Origin: Leucoraja ocellata
Lineage: Eukaryota
Direction: 5' to 3'
Length of the DNA stretch: 64,000 nt
NCBI GenBank assembly: GCA_036785375.1
Contig: JAWMAR010000167.1
Location: forward strand, 4,650,001 to 4,714,000
Part shown: positions 53,000 to 64,000 of the stretch, one piece after another
Numbering within the stretch: the stretch's first letter is position 1
How the letters are laid out: every line of letters starts with the position of its first letter
Position numbers and translations under genes: made by a program
The notes under the pieces: generated by a model
What the model was told of the DNA's origin: nothing
The model's input: only the letters and a program-made list of their open reading frames with translations
Database searches by the model: none

Positions 53000-55057
53000 A
53001 TGGTGCTGTTTTGGGAGATCATCAGCAATCATGTTCAATACTGTGCTATTTCTTATTTTTTTAAGCAACTATTATCTTTCCAATAATAAGTCAAGACAAT
53101 TTGATATCAAAATAAGTTTACTTATGTGAGATTTTGGAGTAAACTCTTTTTTTCTTATTAGATTGGCTTCACAAAATTTGCTTTAGACATAGCCGATTTA
53201 AATTCATTGTAAGTTCAAAACCCCTTTCACCAGATATATGAATTGGCAAATTTCTTTACAAGCAAAATTAAATCCCAACTTATCATTCAAAGCAAAAACA
53301 CCACATGTTGCATATATACCTTGTAAAGAATATTTCAAAAACAAAATGTAAACTTGAATTCTTGAGATTATCGTCATTTCTCAAATGCAGTAAAAAATGA
53401 ATTAGTAAGCATTTTAATTCAGGTAAAACATCAGAAATTTGGAATGACAGAGCTACAAACTATTTTATAGTGTCTACAACAGAAAGAGCAATTTGAAATA
53501 CATATCTGCATTTGTATATTCTATGCCAAGATAACAGATCTGGAAAAACCCTATTCCCACAAATTCAACGGAAGTGAAAATTAAATCCGAGTTAACTATT
53601 TAGATACATGCATTCTTTTGTGGAACAAAAAAACTTTTTTTGGTGCCATCATTTCAGACAGGCACTGCTTTATACAATGAGAAATGATTGAAATACTGCA
53701 ACCAATATTCAATTTTCACATTAAAACCAGAAGTCTGCATGGGAGATGGCAATCAGCATCCAATCAATACAAATGTTGCATATAAAAAGCTAGAACTTCA
53801 CAAAAGCTTTACATGGCATGATGCGAAATGCTTAACTGTACGATGAATTATCAAAAATAAAGATTAGTATCTGCATATACCAATTGCCCAGATATTAGAA
53901 TAGACCTCTTTGCATGTAAAAGAATGTTTATCAAATGCCTGCTATCGTAAACTGGCTTGCTTTATATTATCAATCGAGTAATTTATTAATGGTAAGCTCA
54001 TTCTAAATAAAGCTAATAATAGAACATAACCAATTTTGCACCATCACATAGAATTTAGCATCATTCTTGAACGGCCCAATTAATACCAAGGGACAGTGAT
54101 TGATATTGGCTCCTTTTCTCCTCCACAATTAGTGTGCATATAAACGCTCAAGGGACCAGAGTTGGTGCATACAAGTCTTCAAAACTGTTTGTATTCTTGC
54201 AATAGATAATGTGAAAAATGTTTCATCAATTGGAAACAAAATGTCCTGCTTGTTTTATGCTGCACTAAAAGAAGGCGACTCCAATATAGTTTCCAACACT
54301 ACCAGTGTCAGAAGCCAAGCAACACCGAATGGCAATGATACAGCTTCAAAAGAAATAAACACTTTTCACCAAAATTACCCTGACTTGCCTTTGCACCTTG
54401 ATCAACAGGAGGCCAATGTCCTTCCAATGATACCCATGGTCACTGAGCATAGCTGCCATTATAAAAGCATGGCATCAATTAATATTGTTTAAATACAAAG
54501 GTATCTTGATAATTCTAAAATATATTTTCCTATTCCACTGATCTATTTTCAAAAGTATTATAGCTTGTCCGTTTAAAAAAAGGTTTGTTCACAGTTGTCA
54601 ATCATATTCCTGTTCATTTCATCATAACCAAAATCAAAACAGAAAAATGCTCAATTGAAGCATTTACTGCCTGTAGGTGTTCCAATTGTAAAATGCTGTG
54701 ACATCCATACTAGTACAGAAAGCAATCCCCATTACATGTATTGGTAAATACACAGAACGCCATAGCCAACTTTCAGACATTCAGTTATGTGCTACATCTA
54801 TTCGTATAAAAAGCAGTTTTTGACATGGTATAAGGTTCTGCAACGGAGCATAACCAGTTTTAGTCATTGCCACCATGTCAAAATGTCATCTTGTTACGAT
54901 CGCAGAAATTGTTATATAAAGCCACCAAATATTCTGTAGTATAATTCAGCACCTAATCTGATGGAGGTCATGCTAGAATCAACTCCAACATAATCCAGTG
55001 TTGTATAATGAGCATTCTGTAATATTTAACAAAGTAGTGCCTTCCTCTGCACCCAGT
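53000..55057 (-). other. Probable long 3' UTR of erlin1; distal end uncertain
   Basis: About 2 kb of AT-rich, transposon-free sequence after the stop codon. Candidate minus-strand polyA hexamers near 53985 (AATAAA) and 53415 (ATTAAA). Confidence 0.5.
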
Positions 55058-55306
55058 CTAAGTTTTGTTGTCTTCAAAGTCCTTCACTGCATCTCTTTGT
55101 TGCCTGCTTGAGGTGCTTTCAGATGCAGGAATCGCCTCGTTCTTTTTCAGTGTGGGGGAGCTTTTATCAGTCCTCTTTTCAGCGTTTTGCTGAAACACAC
55201 TAGCATCCACGAACATGTCGGGGATGTCACTACCAAAATAAATCTTGCTGTTTGCCGATATTGCTTGATATTTAACCATCTCCAGATATTCTTTAGTCAG
55301 TTTCAT
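55058..55306 (-). CDS. erlin1: Erlin (ER lipid raft-associated, SPFH family), terminal coding exon
   Basis: Acceptor aacag|ATG at 55307/55306; [34 protein letters not shown]...* matches the erlin C-terminus. [11 protein letters not shown] is closer to ERLIN1 (FGSNIPNMFVD) than to ERLIN2 (FGKDIPNMFMD). Confidence 0.9.
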   Translation of the reverse strand: MKLTKEYLEMVKYQAISANSKIYFGSDIPDMFVDASVFQQNAEKRTDKSSPTLKKNEAIPASESTSSRQQRDAVKDFEDNKT

Positions 55307-56825
55307 CTGTTAGGAATGAACAATGGGAAAATATAGAAATGCTCAATTTATATTTGAATTTGATTGCGCAGAAGCATGTAATTAATGGATGGCAAGAAAG
55401 CAAGATCCTTTCCATTATTGTCTTTTCAACCATTAAAAAAAAAATTGTATATTTGTAAAATAATACACAAATTCTAAAGTAGTGCATTTTTCCTGACATT
55501 TGCCAATGGAGGTACCTTTGACTGGATAACAAAAACATGCCAAGTATCTAACTGATTGCAAATCAAAATGTTTAGTAAAGAGATCTTCAATTTCATAATT
55601 CAGATAAGGCAGTGCAAATTTACCTTTGTTTGAACTTTATGCTAACGTTGTTAGTTAAACAAACTAGAAATGTATTGTAGGTTTACCCACACCTCAAGTA
55701 CTACAACAGTGCAAGGCAGCAACCCACCACCACCACCACCACCTTCCATGGGGCGACTAGGGACAGGCAATTAAATGCTGGCTCAGTCTGCAAAGCCCGT
55801 ATCACTTCGATGAATATAAAAGGGGCTGGATAAGAATATTACCTTAGCTTGCTATTATTATGCACTGTGGTACAAGATATAGTAGGAAACAGCAGATCTA
55901 AATTTGAAGAAGACCAATGCACAGATGAATGGCCAAACAAAGAAGGCAATGGTGGTAACTTTAAACAGACAGGAAGGCAAAGATATTGAGCCTACAGATG
56001 ATAGACAAAGGTCGGGCATGCATGTCAACAATTAAATAGGGCCAAGATACTAGGGTTTAAGGGTTTGGTGCAAATTACTAGCTCAGCCTGATCAACATTC
56101 CAGGTTGATATGGAGACAGTACTCACCTGTTTGCTTTTCTTTGAATAGTATTACCGACATCAATGCTTTTCAATATCTTCATATAGTATATTTTTAGTAT
56201 ATATCTCACTACTTTAGCACAACAGATACACATTCAAAAAGCTGAAATAATTTATAGTTTCTGACCTTGCAATGCTATTCCTTTAAATAACAAATGATTT
56301 AGATTGCATATCCATTATGCAGAGTGCCTAGCAATCAGACTTGCTTTTTCCTCGTACCAAGTTTAAATGTGGTTTACGACTGTACATAACTGCCCCAGGA
56401 ATAATATACTGCTTATAAAGGAAGCCTGACATCTTTAACAAGTTAATTGTGTGCAGTTTCTGCAATGTCGCTCTAAATTTCTATCACACTCTTCAGGTAA
56501 ATTAGCAGGTGACAAAATGCAAAATGAACAATGGAACCATGTAAACACAATTTTAGCACTGCAACATTAAAATAAAATCCCGATAATCAATAAAACTGCC
56601 TTTATCTTCTCTAACCACCTGTTCTAATTGTAATAGAAACATTTATAAAATGTCCATAAAGCATAAGAGCATGCTGAGAAAGCCCCGGGATAGCATTTAA
56701 AGGTCACTGTTGAGTTCCTTGCAGCCATGGATGTAAAATCCTCACCGTTATTAGCATTTATACGGCAAGACCACATTACTGTTTGTACTTTCACAATTAT
56801 CCATGGACATTAGGTAATTTCATAC

Positions 56826-56905
56826 CTGATTTGCGATTGCTGTTTTCTCGGAAGTGTAGAAATCTGCATCTGCTTTAGCCTTCTCCCTGGCTAAATAAGC
56901 ACGAT
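56826..56905 (-). CDS. erlin1: Erlin internal exon, 80 bp (DRAYLAREKAKADADFYTSEKTAIANQ)
   Basis: tgtag|AT acceptor and CAG|gtatg donor; LAREKAKADA erlin motif; phases fit both neighbouring exons. Confidence 0.92.
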
Positions 56906-58544
56906 CTACATGCAATACAAAATGATTAAATCCACTCGTGCTAAACATGCCATTGAGTTGTCAGTTCTCAGTACCGACACTGAAAATGATTCCTTTTAAA
57001 TGAATGGAATGAATTTGAGAGGCAGATTGCAACATTCTGTCGCCACTATATACTGTATCAATGATACCACTGGGAATGAATTGATTCATTAATTCATTAA
57101 ACATTGATTCACCAATGCACAACACAAATGGATTCATTTTATTCGGCTGCTTAATAACTTAAAACAGGCAGTCTCTCTTTGGGGTTTAGTTTTGAATAAG
57201 GTGCATCATGCAAAATGTATAGTTTTAGAGCTATAGGAATTATGAACATATGTCTTAAATTCATATAATGTTACGAAAAAATAACTAAGAATTAATATAT
57301 TTATATTTTGCTTTCCCTTCTCCTATCAAGTAAAATATAAATGTTGTAATTATTCATTTTTGTAGAGTCATTAACCATTAATTTATTTTAAGAACAAAGC
57401 AGGGATTCAAAAAATATTTTTCAAATGAGCTGCAAAGAATTAAATGGTTGGAAGCTTATTGATAATTAGATTTAGCTGTCATCTTCTGAGTAAAATCAAT
57501 ACTTCTTATATTGGGGGTAATGTAGAGAAAATGGAGATAAAGGAAATAGTCGGAGATAAAGCAGAGGCGAACTCCAACTCATTACTGAATGAAAATCTGT
57601 ATCTTGAGCTGGAATAAAATCTAATGTCCCACTTTGAGAAGGGCACTCATGCACAGGGAAGGGCTACTGTTTTACTATGGGTGCTGAGAATCGCTAGTAA
57701 GAAGAAAAAGGAAAATACTGAGGATGTGTAGTGGAAAATTGTAATCGATGAACTGGTAAGGCAAAACAAGATGCTAATACTTGAGACATAGAATTTGTAT
57801 AGACTATTGTTATTAATACTGTCCAGGGCAATGACTTTGAAAGGAACCTGGACTCTGTAAAGGAAAAATTAACTCCTTTAAGCAAAAAAATGCCTTTACT
57901 TGTGGCATCCTTGTCCTACAGAATGCTGATCCTACAGAAGTTCAGGTTCACATTTATTGTCACGTACCAATTGGTACAGTGAACTTTGAGGAACAGCAGA
58001 TGCTGGTTAAAACCAAAGATAGACACGAAAAACTGGAGTAACTCAGCTGGATAGGCAGCATCTCAGGGGAGAAGGAATGGGTGACGTTTCGAGTCGAGAC
58101 GTCCCCAAGTCTGACAGAACCTGACCCGAAACGTCACCAATTCCTTCTCTCCTGAGATCCAGCTGAGTTACTCCAGCTTTATGTGTCTATCCACAGAATG
58201 CTTTGCAGATCTGCCCATTGAGTCGAGTTATTCAATAGAATTTTTTAAGTTTCTATTTTGTGATTACCATTTAGAGAAATTGCTCTGGAATAACTAGTCA
58301 TCAAGGGTCTGGTGCTCAAATCATCTGCTGGCACCCCTAATGGTTGTCGCTCATCTAGACAAGATACTGAAATGTGGCACTCGGGGAGATGGAAAGGTTA
58401 ATAAATATTAACTAAGATGGGTGACGTAACAATTTGTGATTCATTAATAAATGGTTGGCGATCTGGTATTATGACTCGATGAGGGTCTAACAATCTCTAT
58501 ATCAAACTCTGAATAGAAACTTTTAATGTTTTCAAAATGCTCAC

Positions 58545-58634
58545 CTTCAATTTCTGAAATTGTCTTCTGCGTTTCTTTTTCCATAATCTTTTGCTGGAAT
58601 AGAATCTCTGCCACCTGTGCAAATTTCTCAGCCT
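58545..58634 (-). CDS. erlin1: Erlin internal exon, 90 bp (EAEKFAQVAEILFQQKIMEKETQKTISEIE)
   Basis: acacag|AG acceptor and GAAG|gtgag donor. FQQK resembles ERLIN1 rather than the YGQK of ERLIN2. Confidence 0.92.
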
Positions 58635-58829
58635 CTGTGTATAGGGATAAAACATCTCAATTCACAACCGCGCAAAACACAAGCGCTTTAACAGGCACAA
58701 AATGGTGGAGTAGGTAATTGGCCAGCAGCTCAGTGGGTCAGGCAGCATCTCTGGAGAACATGGACAGGCAACGTTCAGGTTTAGAACTCTTATTTCTTCT
58801 TTGTATCTTTGTGTCTATGGTTAACACTC

Positions 58830-59390
58830 CTACCACTTTCCTCATGGCGCTATAACATCACATAGTATGTGTTAAATGTATGCTTTAGTGTTCTTTAGTT
58901 TGTTTTATGTGGAGTGTGGGGGTTGGGGTAAACTTTTTTTAATCTCTTACTTTGACGGAGATGCGATATCTTTTCCATATCGTATCTCCGTCTGCACTGC
59001 GGCCTAACATCGAGGAGTTGGCGGCCTATGCTGGAGATCGACTTTAACTTCGGACTTTAACTTCGTGGAGCTTGCGTTAGAGACCGACTTCGGGAGCTCC
59101 AAGCTGCAGGAGTTTCGTCCGCCCCAAGGTGGGAGCTTCGACCGGCAACTGCGGGAGATGCAATCGCCCGACTGCGGATGGTTTGACTGCTCCCACCACG
59201 GGAGAATGAAAAGGGAAGATTAGACTTTATTGCCTTCCATCACAGAGGAATGTGGGGAATCAGCTGTGGTGGATGTTTATGTTAACGTTTATGTAGTGTG
59301 TTTTGTAGCTTTTTTTTAGTATGGCTGTATGGTAATTTGAACATCACTGTAACTTAATTGGTACACGTGACAATAAAAGACCATTGAAAT
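58830..59390 (+). mobile_element. Unclassified GC-rich non-autonomous retroposon; relatives at 14095-14548 and 28800-29130
   Basis: Shared gccttccatcaca...ctgtggtggatgtt hairpin and tgacaataaa-type tail. Confidence 0.5.
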
Positions 59391-59836
59391 TACCTAAAAA
59401 TTTCACAACTCAATAAAAGTAGCATCTCTGAAAAGGGAAACATGAGGGGCTGGACATGCTTCAATGCAATTTTGCACCCGAATCAAAGTCAAATAAAGGC
59501 ATGATTATGGTTTTCAATTGGAATTTAGATAGAATTCACTCTCACAACGTCAACCATTTTGCTGCATGAGAACTTTCTAAACCTGTACCTTTTGCATCAC
59601 AAGTACTTAACAACACTGACTATATTTTTGTGAATATTTCAGGTTCACAGAATGGTGACATAACAGGGTTTCCAGTTATTTACTGCATCACTCTGTCTGT
59701 GAGCTTTCTTTTAAAAGGAATAAATTCGACACTTCCCCAGCACATGAAAGTCTTACAATTATAAGCAGATCTTTTCAATTCTTTGTTTAGTGCAAATTAT
59801 GCACTAAAAGGTTCAGAAGTCATGGGAGCAGAATTA

Positions 59837-60040
59837 AGGGCCTGTCCCACTTTCACGACCTAATTCACGACCTCTGCTGAGTTTGCCCTTGACTCGTACT
59901 CGCAGCATGGTCGTCACGAGATCGTAGGTAGGTCGTGATGCTAGTCGTAGGTACTCGTGGCATCAAGTAGGTCGGGTGTTTTTTCAGCAAGATGAAAAAT
60001 GTCCACGAGTAAAATAGGTTGTGAATTAGAAACTGGCCCT
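59837..60040. mobile_element. PIF/Harbinger-type MITE, subfamily B
   Basis: Begins agggcctgtcccacttt and ends ggccct; TTA TSD at 59834-36 and 60041-43; inserted into a CR1 3' tail (gcagaattaggccattc). Confidence 0.75.
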
Positions 60041-61135
60041 TTAGGCCATTCGACGCATCGAGTCCATTCTGCCATTCAATCATGCTGATCTGTCTTTCCC
60101 ACTCAACCCCATTGTCCTGCCTTCTCCCCGAAATAAGACGAGAAATAGACTTAATGTTTGAGGTCAGAGACACACTCAGAATCTGCAGTGTTTTTGTTTT
60201 TCACTTACTGGGAAAAACATCCTGGTTCTATACAATCACTGGATCATGAGATGTCTCCCAAGTTTAACAACACATCCAAAAGATTGCACATTTAATGCAG
60301 CACTCTAAAAGTACACTATTTGTGTGCTGAAGTCTCTTGAGTGTGATGTGAACCTGCAGTAACTAACTCATCACTGTTCTACTATCTAGGCAGTAAAATG
60401 TCATGCTTTGAAATTAATTGTGTTCAATCTTCACAGATCATAACTTCAGTGCCTCAGCTTGTAATTAAATCATTTAAGGGACTGAAATAATTCACTAGAG
60501 CAAACACAGACACCAAGCACTTTTTGCTGGACTCATGTTCGTGCAAAAGTAAACCAACACATCTGGGAAAGAGCCAAAGAATTCAGTCGAACTACAATTA
60601 CTCATTTGTGCCTTTAGGGCGTGGGAGGTCAAACTGAAATAAAACCATAAAAGGCTGGAAACAGCAACATCTGTGGACAGAGGTTGGGGTTAAAGGTTCG
60701 GGTCAATTATTATTCTTTATAAGAAAAATTTGTAAAGAAGGCATATTTAAACTTGTAAGATAACCTTTAGAATGGAAAGTACATGGAATATGTGTGATAG
60801 TGCAGATACTGAGATAAGGCAGACAGCACAGACTGATGTTAACCAGCTGAGTGGATTGAAGGCTTAGCTGGGGAGGATTAAATAGACGGAGGGGAAACAA
60901 AAAGAGAAAATAAGCCTGCTGGAACTGTGCGAAACGGAGCACAATAATTGTAGGAAATCCGGTATAAAGGAGAATTCTGGGGTAGATCAGGAAGTCCAGC
61001 GGTGTCTGTGGAGTGAGAAAAATCTAGTTACAGAGATTGAAAAGCAAAAATAAAGAGGCAAATGCTGGAAATCTGAATCCGAAGAAACCCTCAGAAGATC
61101 AAGCAGCATCTGTGGAGAGGAAAGCAGAGCTTCCT

Positions 61136-61186
61136 CTCGTTTTCTTTCTGTTTCAGCCTCTACAACCCTTTGCCGCTGTTCAGAAA
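61136..61186 (-). pseudogene. Partial duplicate of the erlin 92-bp exon inside the downstream intron
   Basis: Aligns to 62663-62719 with 46/51 identities plus a 6-nt gap; translates [16 protein letters not shown]; no clear splice sites. Confidence 0.75.
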
Positions 61187-61274
61187 CGGTGAAGGCCAAC
61201 CACCCTTCAGCAGGTCATTAACGGTATATTCAGCTCATCTTCTTGCTGGGATTCCCTGCTTCGACATCACCGTG

Positions 61275-62270
61275 AGTGGCGCAGCGGTAGAGTTGCTGCC
61301 CTACAGCTCTTGCAGCGCCGGAGACCCGGGTTTGATCCCCACTATGGGTGCTGTCTGTACGGAGTTTGTACGTTCTCCCCGTGACCGTGTGGCTTTTCTC
61401 TGAGATCTTCGGTTTCCTCCCACACTCCAAAGCCATACAGGTTCAAGATTTAAGATAGTTTATTGACATGTGTTCCAGATAGGACAATGAAATTCTTGCT
61501 TTGCTTCAGCACAACAGAATATAGAAGGCATGAATACAGAACAGACCAGTGTGACCTTATCTATCTATCTATATTACTAAAACTCTATTCTTGACCGGTT
61601 TTGGCGATCTGTGCTGCGATTTCCGAGAGAACGCCGCCACCTACTGCCGTCATTTTTGGCCACCTCACTCAGAGCCCCCCTCCGCCGCATGTGTGCCGAG
61701 GATTTTTCCCGTCGATTAAATATGACAGAGATATTAATGTTTTTACAACATTCTCCATTCTCTCTGCTGCCCCCGCTGGCAGCAGGGGGGAGGGACTACC
61801 CCTCCCTGCTCCCCACCCTTCATCTCACCCCCCTCTGAGCACTCCCTCTCTCTCCCCCCTCTCCCACTCTCCCCCCCCCTCTTCCCCTCTCCCCCCCCGC
61901 CCTCCTCTCTCTCTCCCCCCCCCCTCCCCTCCATTAGCGTGAGTGCGGGAGGGGGGGTAGTTAGTGTGTGACGCTGCATGCCGCCCCCCCCCCCACACAA
62001 CCGCACGTTGGGGGAACAGACCTAACGGGTCTGCACTTGGTCTAGTACCATTATGTAAATATATACACACATGAATAAATAAAACAGATAAAAGTGCAAA
62101 GGTTAATTGGCTTGGTAAAGGTTTGCAGGTTAATTGGCTTGGTAAATGTTTAAAAAAATTGTCCCGAGAGTGTGTACGTTGGTGCTAATATGCGGGGAAC
62201 CCTGGTCGGCGTGGACACGGTGGGCTGAAGTGCCTATTTAGCTCTGTATCTCTCTACTAAACTGAACTAA
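61275..62270 (+). mobile_element. HE1-type SINE split by nested insertions (head 61275-61443, tail 62101-62270)
   Basis: The two halves join at caggtt/ggttaattggc. Confidence 0.75.
61560..62045 (+). mobile_element. Non-autonomous Helitron
   Basis: 5' TC (tctatctatctatattactaaaac), 3' CTAG (62042-45), subterminal hairpin cagacc-taacg-ggtctg (62017-33), inserted between A and T with no TSD. Confidence 0.8.
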
Positions 62271-62653
62271 ACATCTGGCCAGAACGGAAGGATACTGAGA
62301 CGCAGACGCGTTGCTGTTCCTCAAGTTTATGCTCAGCTTTGTTGAAACAGCGTGACTGATGCCTTTCACTTAACTAATAGCTTTGCCACGTCACAAAGAA
62401 ACTTTAAAGACAGCACATTTCCCTTTTCTCTAATCTGTCTCCATCTCGGGAGACAAATTAACCACAGTCCTTGCTCAGCAGCATTAATTGCTGGGCCACA
62501 CACTGCCGCTCCTTTCTGGATGGTGCAGTTCCCAGGGACTGTAGAAAAATATACCACACTGCATCGTGCAGTGTCAGCAACTTACCTAAATGTCTGCAAA
62601 ATATTTAAAGTTAAATTCTGAACTCAAGGATTTTCTCTTAGGGGAACACGTAC

Positions 62654-62745
62654 CAATAATAGCTCGTTTTCTTTCTGTCTCAGCCTCTTGCTCTACAACT
62701 TTTTGCCTCTGTGCAGAAATCAGCAACTTTGTCTTCTCTCCCTCC
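62654..62745 (-). CDS. erlin1: Erlin internal exon, 92 bp ([30 protein letters not shown])
   Basis: ttttag|G acceptor and TTG|gtacgt donor; matches erlin [27 protein letters not shown]. The gene continues beyond the window end. Confidence 0.92.
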
Positions 62746-62989
62746 CTAAAATAAAAACAAACTGTAAGGTAGAAAGAAAAAAAAAGACATCCACCAGTAA
62801 ACGACAATGTTTGTTGCAATAATTACCTTGCATGTGGCAACAATTTAAATGTGGACAATATCTGTACTCTAGACAGACAACAGGTCCAAAGTGACAGACA
62901 CTGACCCCTCGTATTAACAGACCTCTTTATAACATTATTTCATGGAATGACCATTAGGTGGATGGAGTGAATTGTGTTTTTGACACATT

Positions 62990-63678
62990 TTAGCTTAGTT
63001 TAGTTTAGAGATAGACTCTGGCCAAATCCGTGCCAACCAACAATCACCCATACACTAGTTCTACCCCACACAATGAATTGTCTCTAGTGTGTAAGATAGA
63101 ACTAGTGTATGGGTAGTTCTATCTTACACACCAGTGCCAATTGACAGTGTTTGGATAGAACTAGCCCAGTGGGTCTATCTTCCCTCCCACATTGCAAAGA
63201 CATTGAGACAGTGTAGGTTTCCCCTGGGCACCATGGCCGCACCGCCCCCCCCCCCCCCCCCGCAAAGATGTGCAGGCCTGTAGTACAAGTGGCTTCTACG
63301 AAATGTGTGAACCGCCACCCCACAGCTCCAGAGACTTTGTGACCGGCTTCCCTGCCAGGGAACCCCGACACACCAGCTCCACCCCACACACCACTGTGTG
63401 TAGGATAGAACCGGTGCACCGGAGCAGCTGGAGGAAACCATGCCACAGGGAGCACCCGAGGCCAGGATCGAACTCGGGCTCCGGCGTCAAGAAGCAGCGG
63501 CTACAACAGCGACACACACAACCCACAGGAGCCAACATGCATGTCTCTGCATCGCTGGAGGAAACCGGAGCACCCGGATGAAACACACACTGCCACAGAG
63601 AGCACCCGAGGTTAGGGTCGAACTTGGGTCTCTGGTCCTGGAAGGTAGCAACTTTACTGCAGCGCCACTATGCCATCC
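62990..63678 (-). mobile_element. HE1-related SINE with internal tandem duplications
   Basis: (tttag)n tail on the + strand near 62990; two head-like units (about 63420-63510 and 63555-63678); repeated gtgtaggatagaac motif. Confidence 0.55.
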
Positions 63679-64000
63679 CAAAGTATTGTGTATTTGTTGT
63701 CCCTTACTGTTTATAGTATATTTATTGGCTGCTTTTCCACATATTAACCCCGTATTTGGTTATAGCGGACAATCAGTAATAACAGACAACCCAGTGGGGT
63801 TTGTGTATCAACACACACATTTTACTCTCTGTTAAGAGATTAAGTGGAATGAAATGATTTGTTTTATATTTAATCTGCACATTTTCAAAACCTGCAACAT
63901 TTCGCTGACAGAATTTCTTACAAGTGATAAACAACCAGATTAAATACACTAATTACATTGTTGGTGAAAGATTATCTTATCTAGGCTACTTGTATTAGGT

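Noticed and set aside
61601-62070. Pro-rich and Gly/Glu-rich ORFs
   Set aside because: Low-complexity C/T tract inside the Helitron.

Overview
Eukaryotic, repeat-rich vertebrate DNA. The repeat complement (HE1-type tRNA SINEs with (CTAAA)n tails, CR1/HER1 LINE 3' ends, Deu-domain SINE remnants) points to a cartilaginous fish, probably a skate or ray (inference). Two minus-strand protein-coding genes are supported. (1) The last four exons and long 3' UTR of an erlin (SPFH family), most like ERLIN1, at about 55058-62745. (2) A complete but atypical ELOVL fatty-acid elongase with its coding sequence in only two main exons (29973-30143 and 20586-21140), plus a probable first exon and promoter near 45.0-45.1 kb. 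The rest is transposon-derived: HE1 SINEs, CR1 and Rex1/Babar-type LINE ends, Harbinger-type and hAT-type MITEs, a non-autonomous Helitron, and many short Penelope pseudo-LTR pieces. Those pieces carry minimal hammerhead-ribozyme cores, often as fold-back units with 11-15 bp target-site duplications. Most notable: the divergent ELOVL lineage, the ribozyme-bearing fold-back retro-units, a shared insertion hotspot inside them, and a partial intronic copy of an erlin exon. Nearly all other ORFs in the supplied track are spurious. Family assignments are from motif recall, not database searches.
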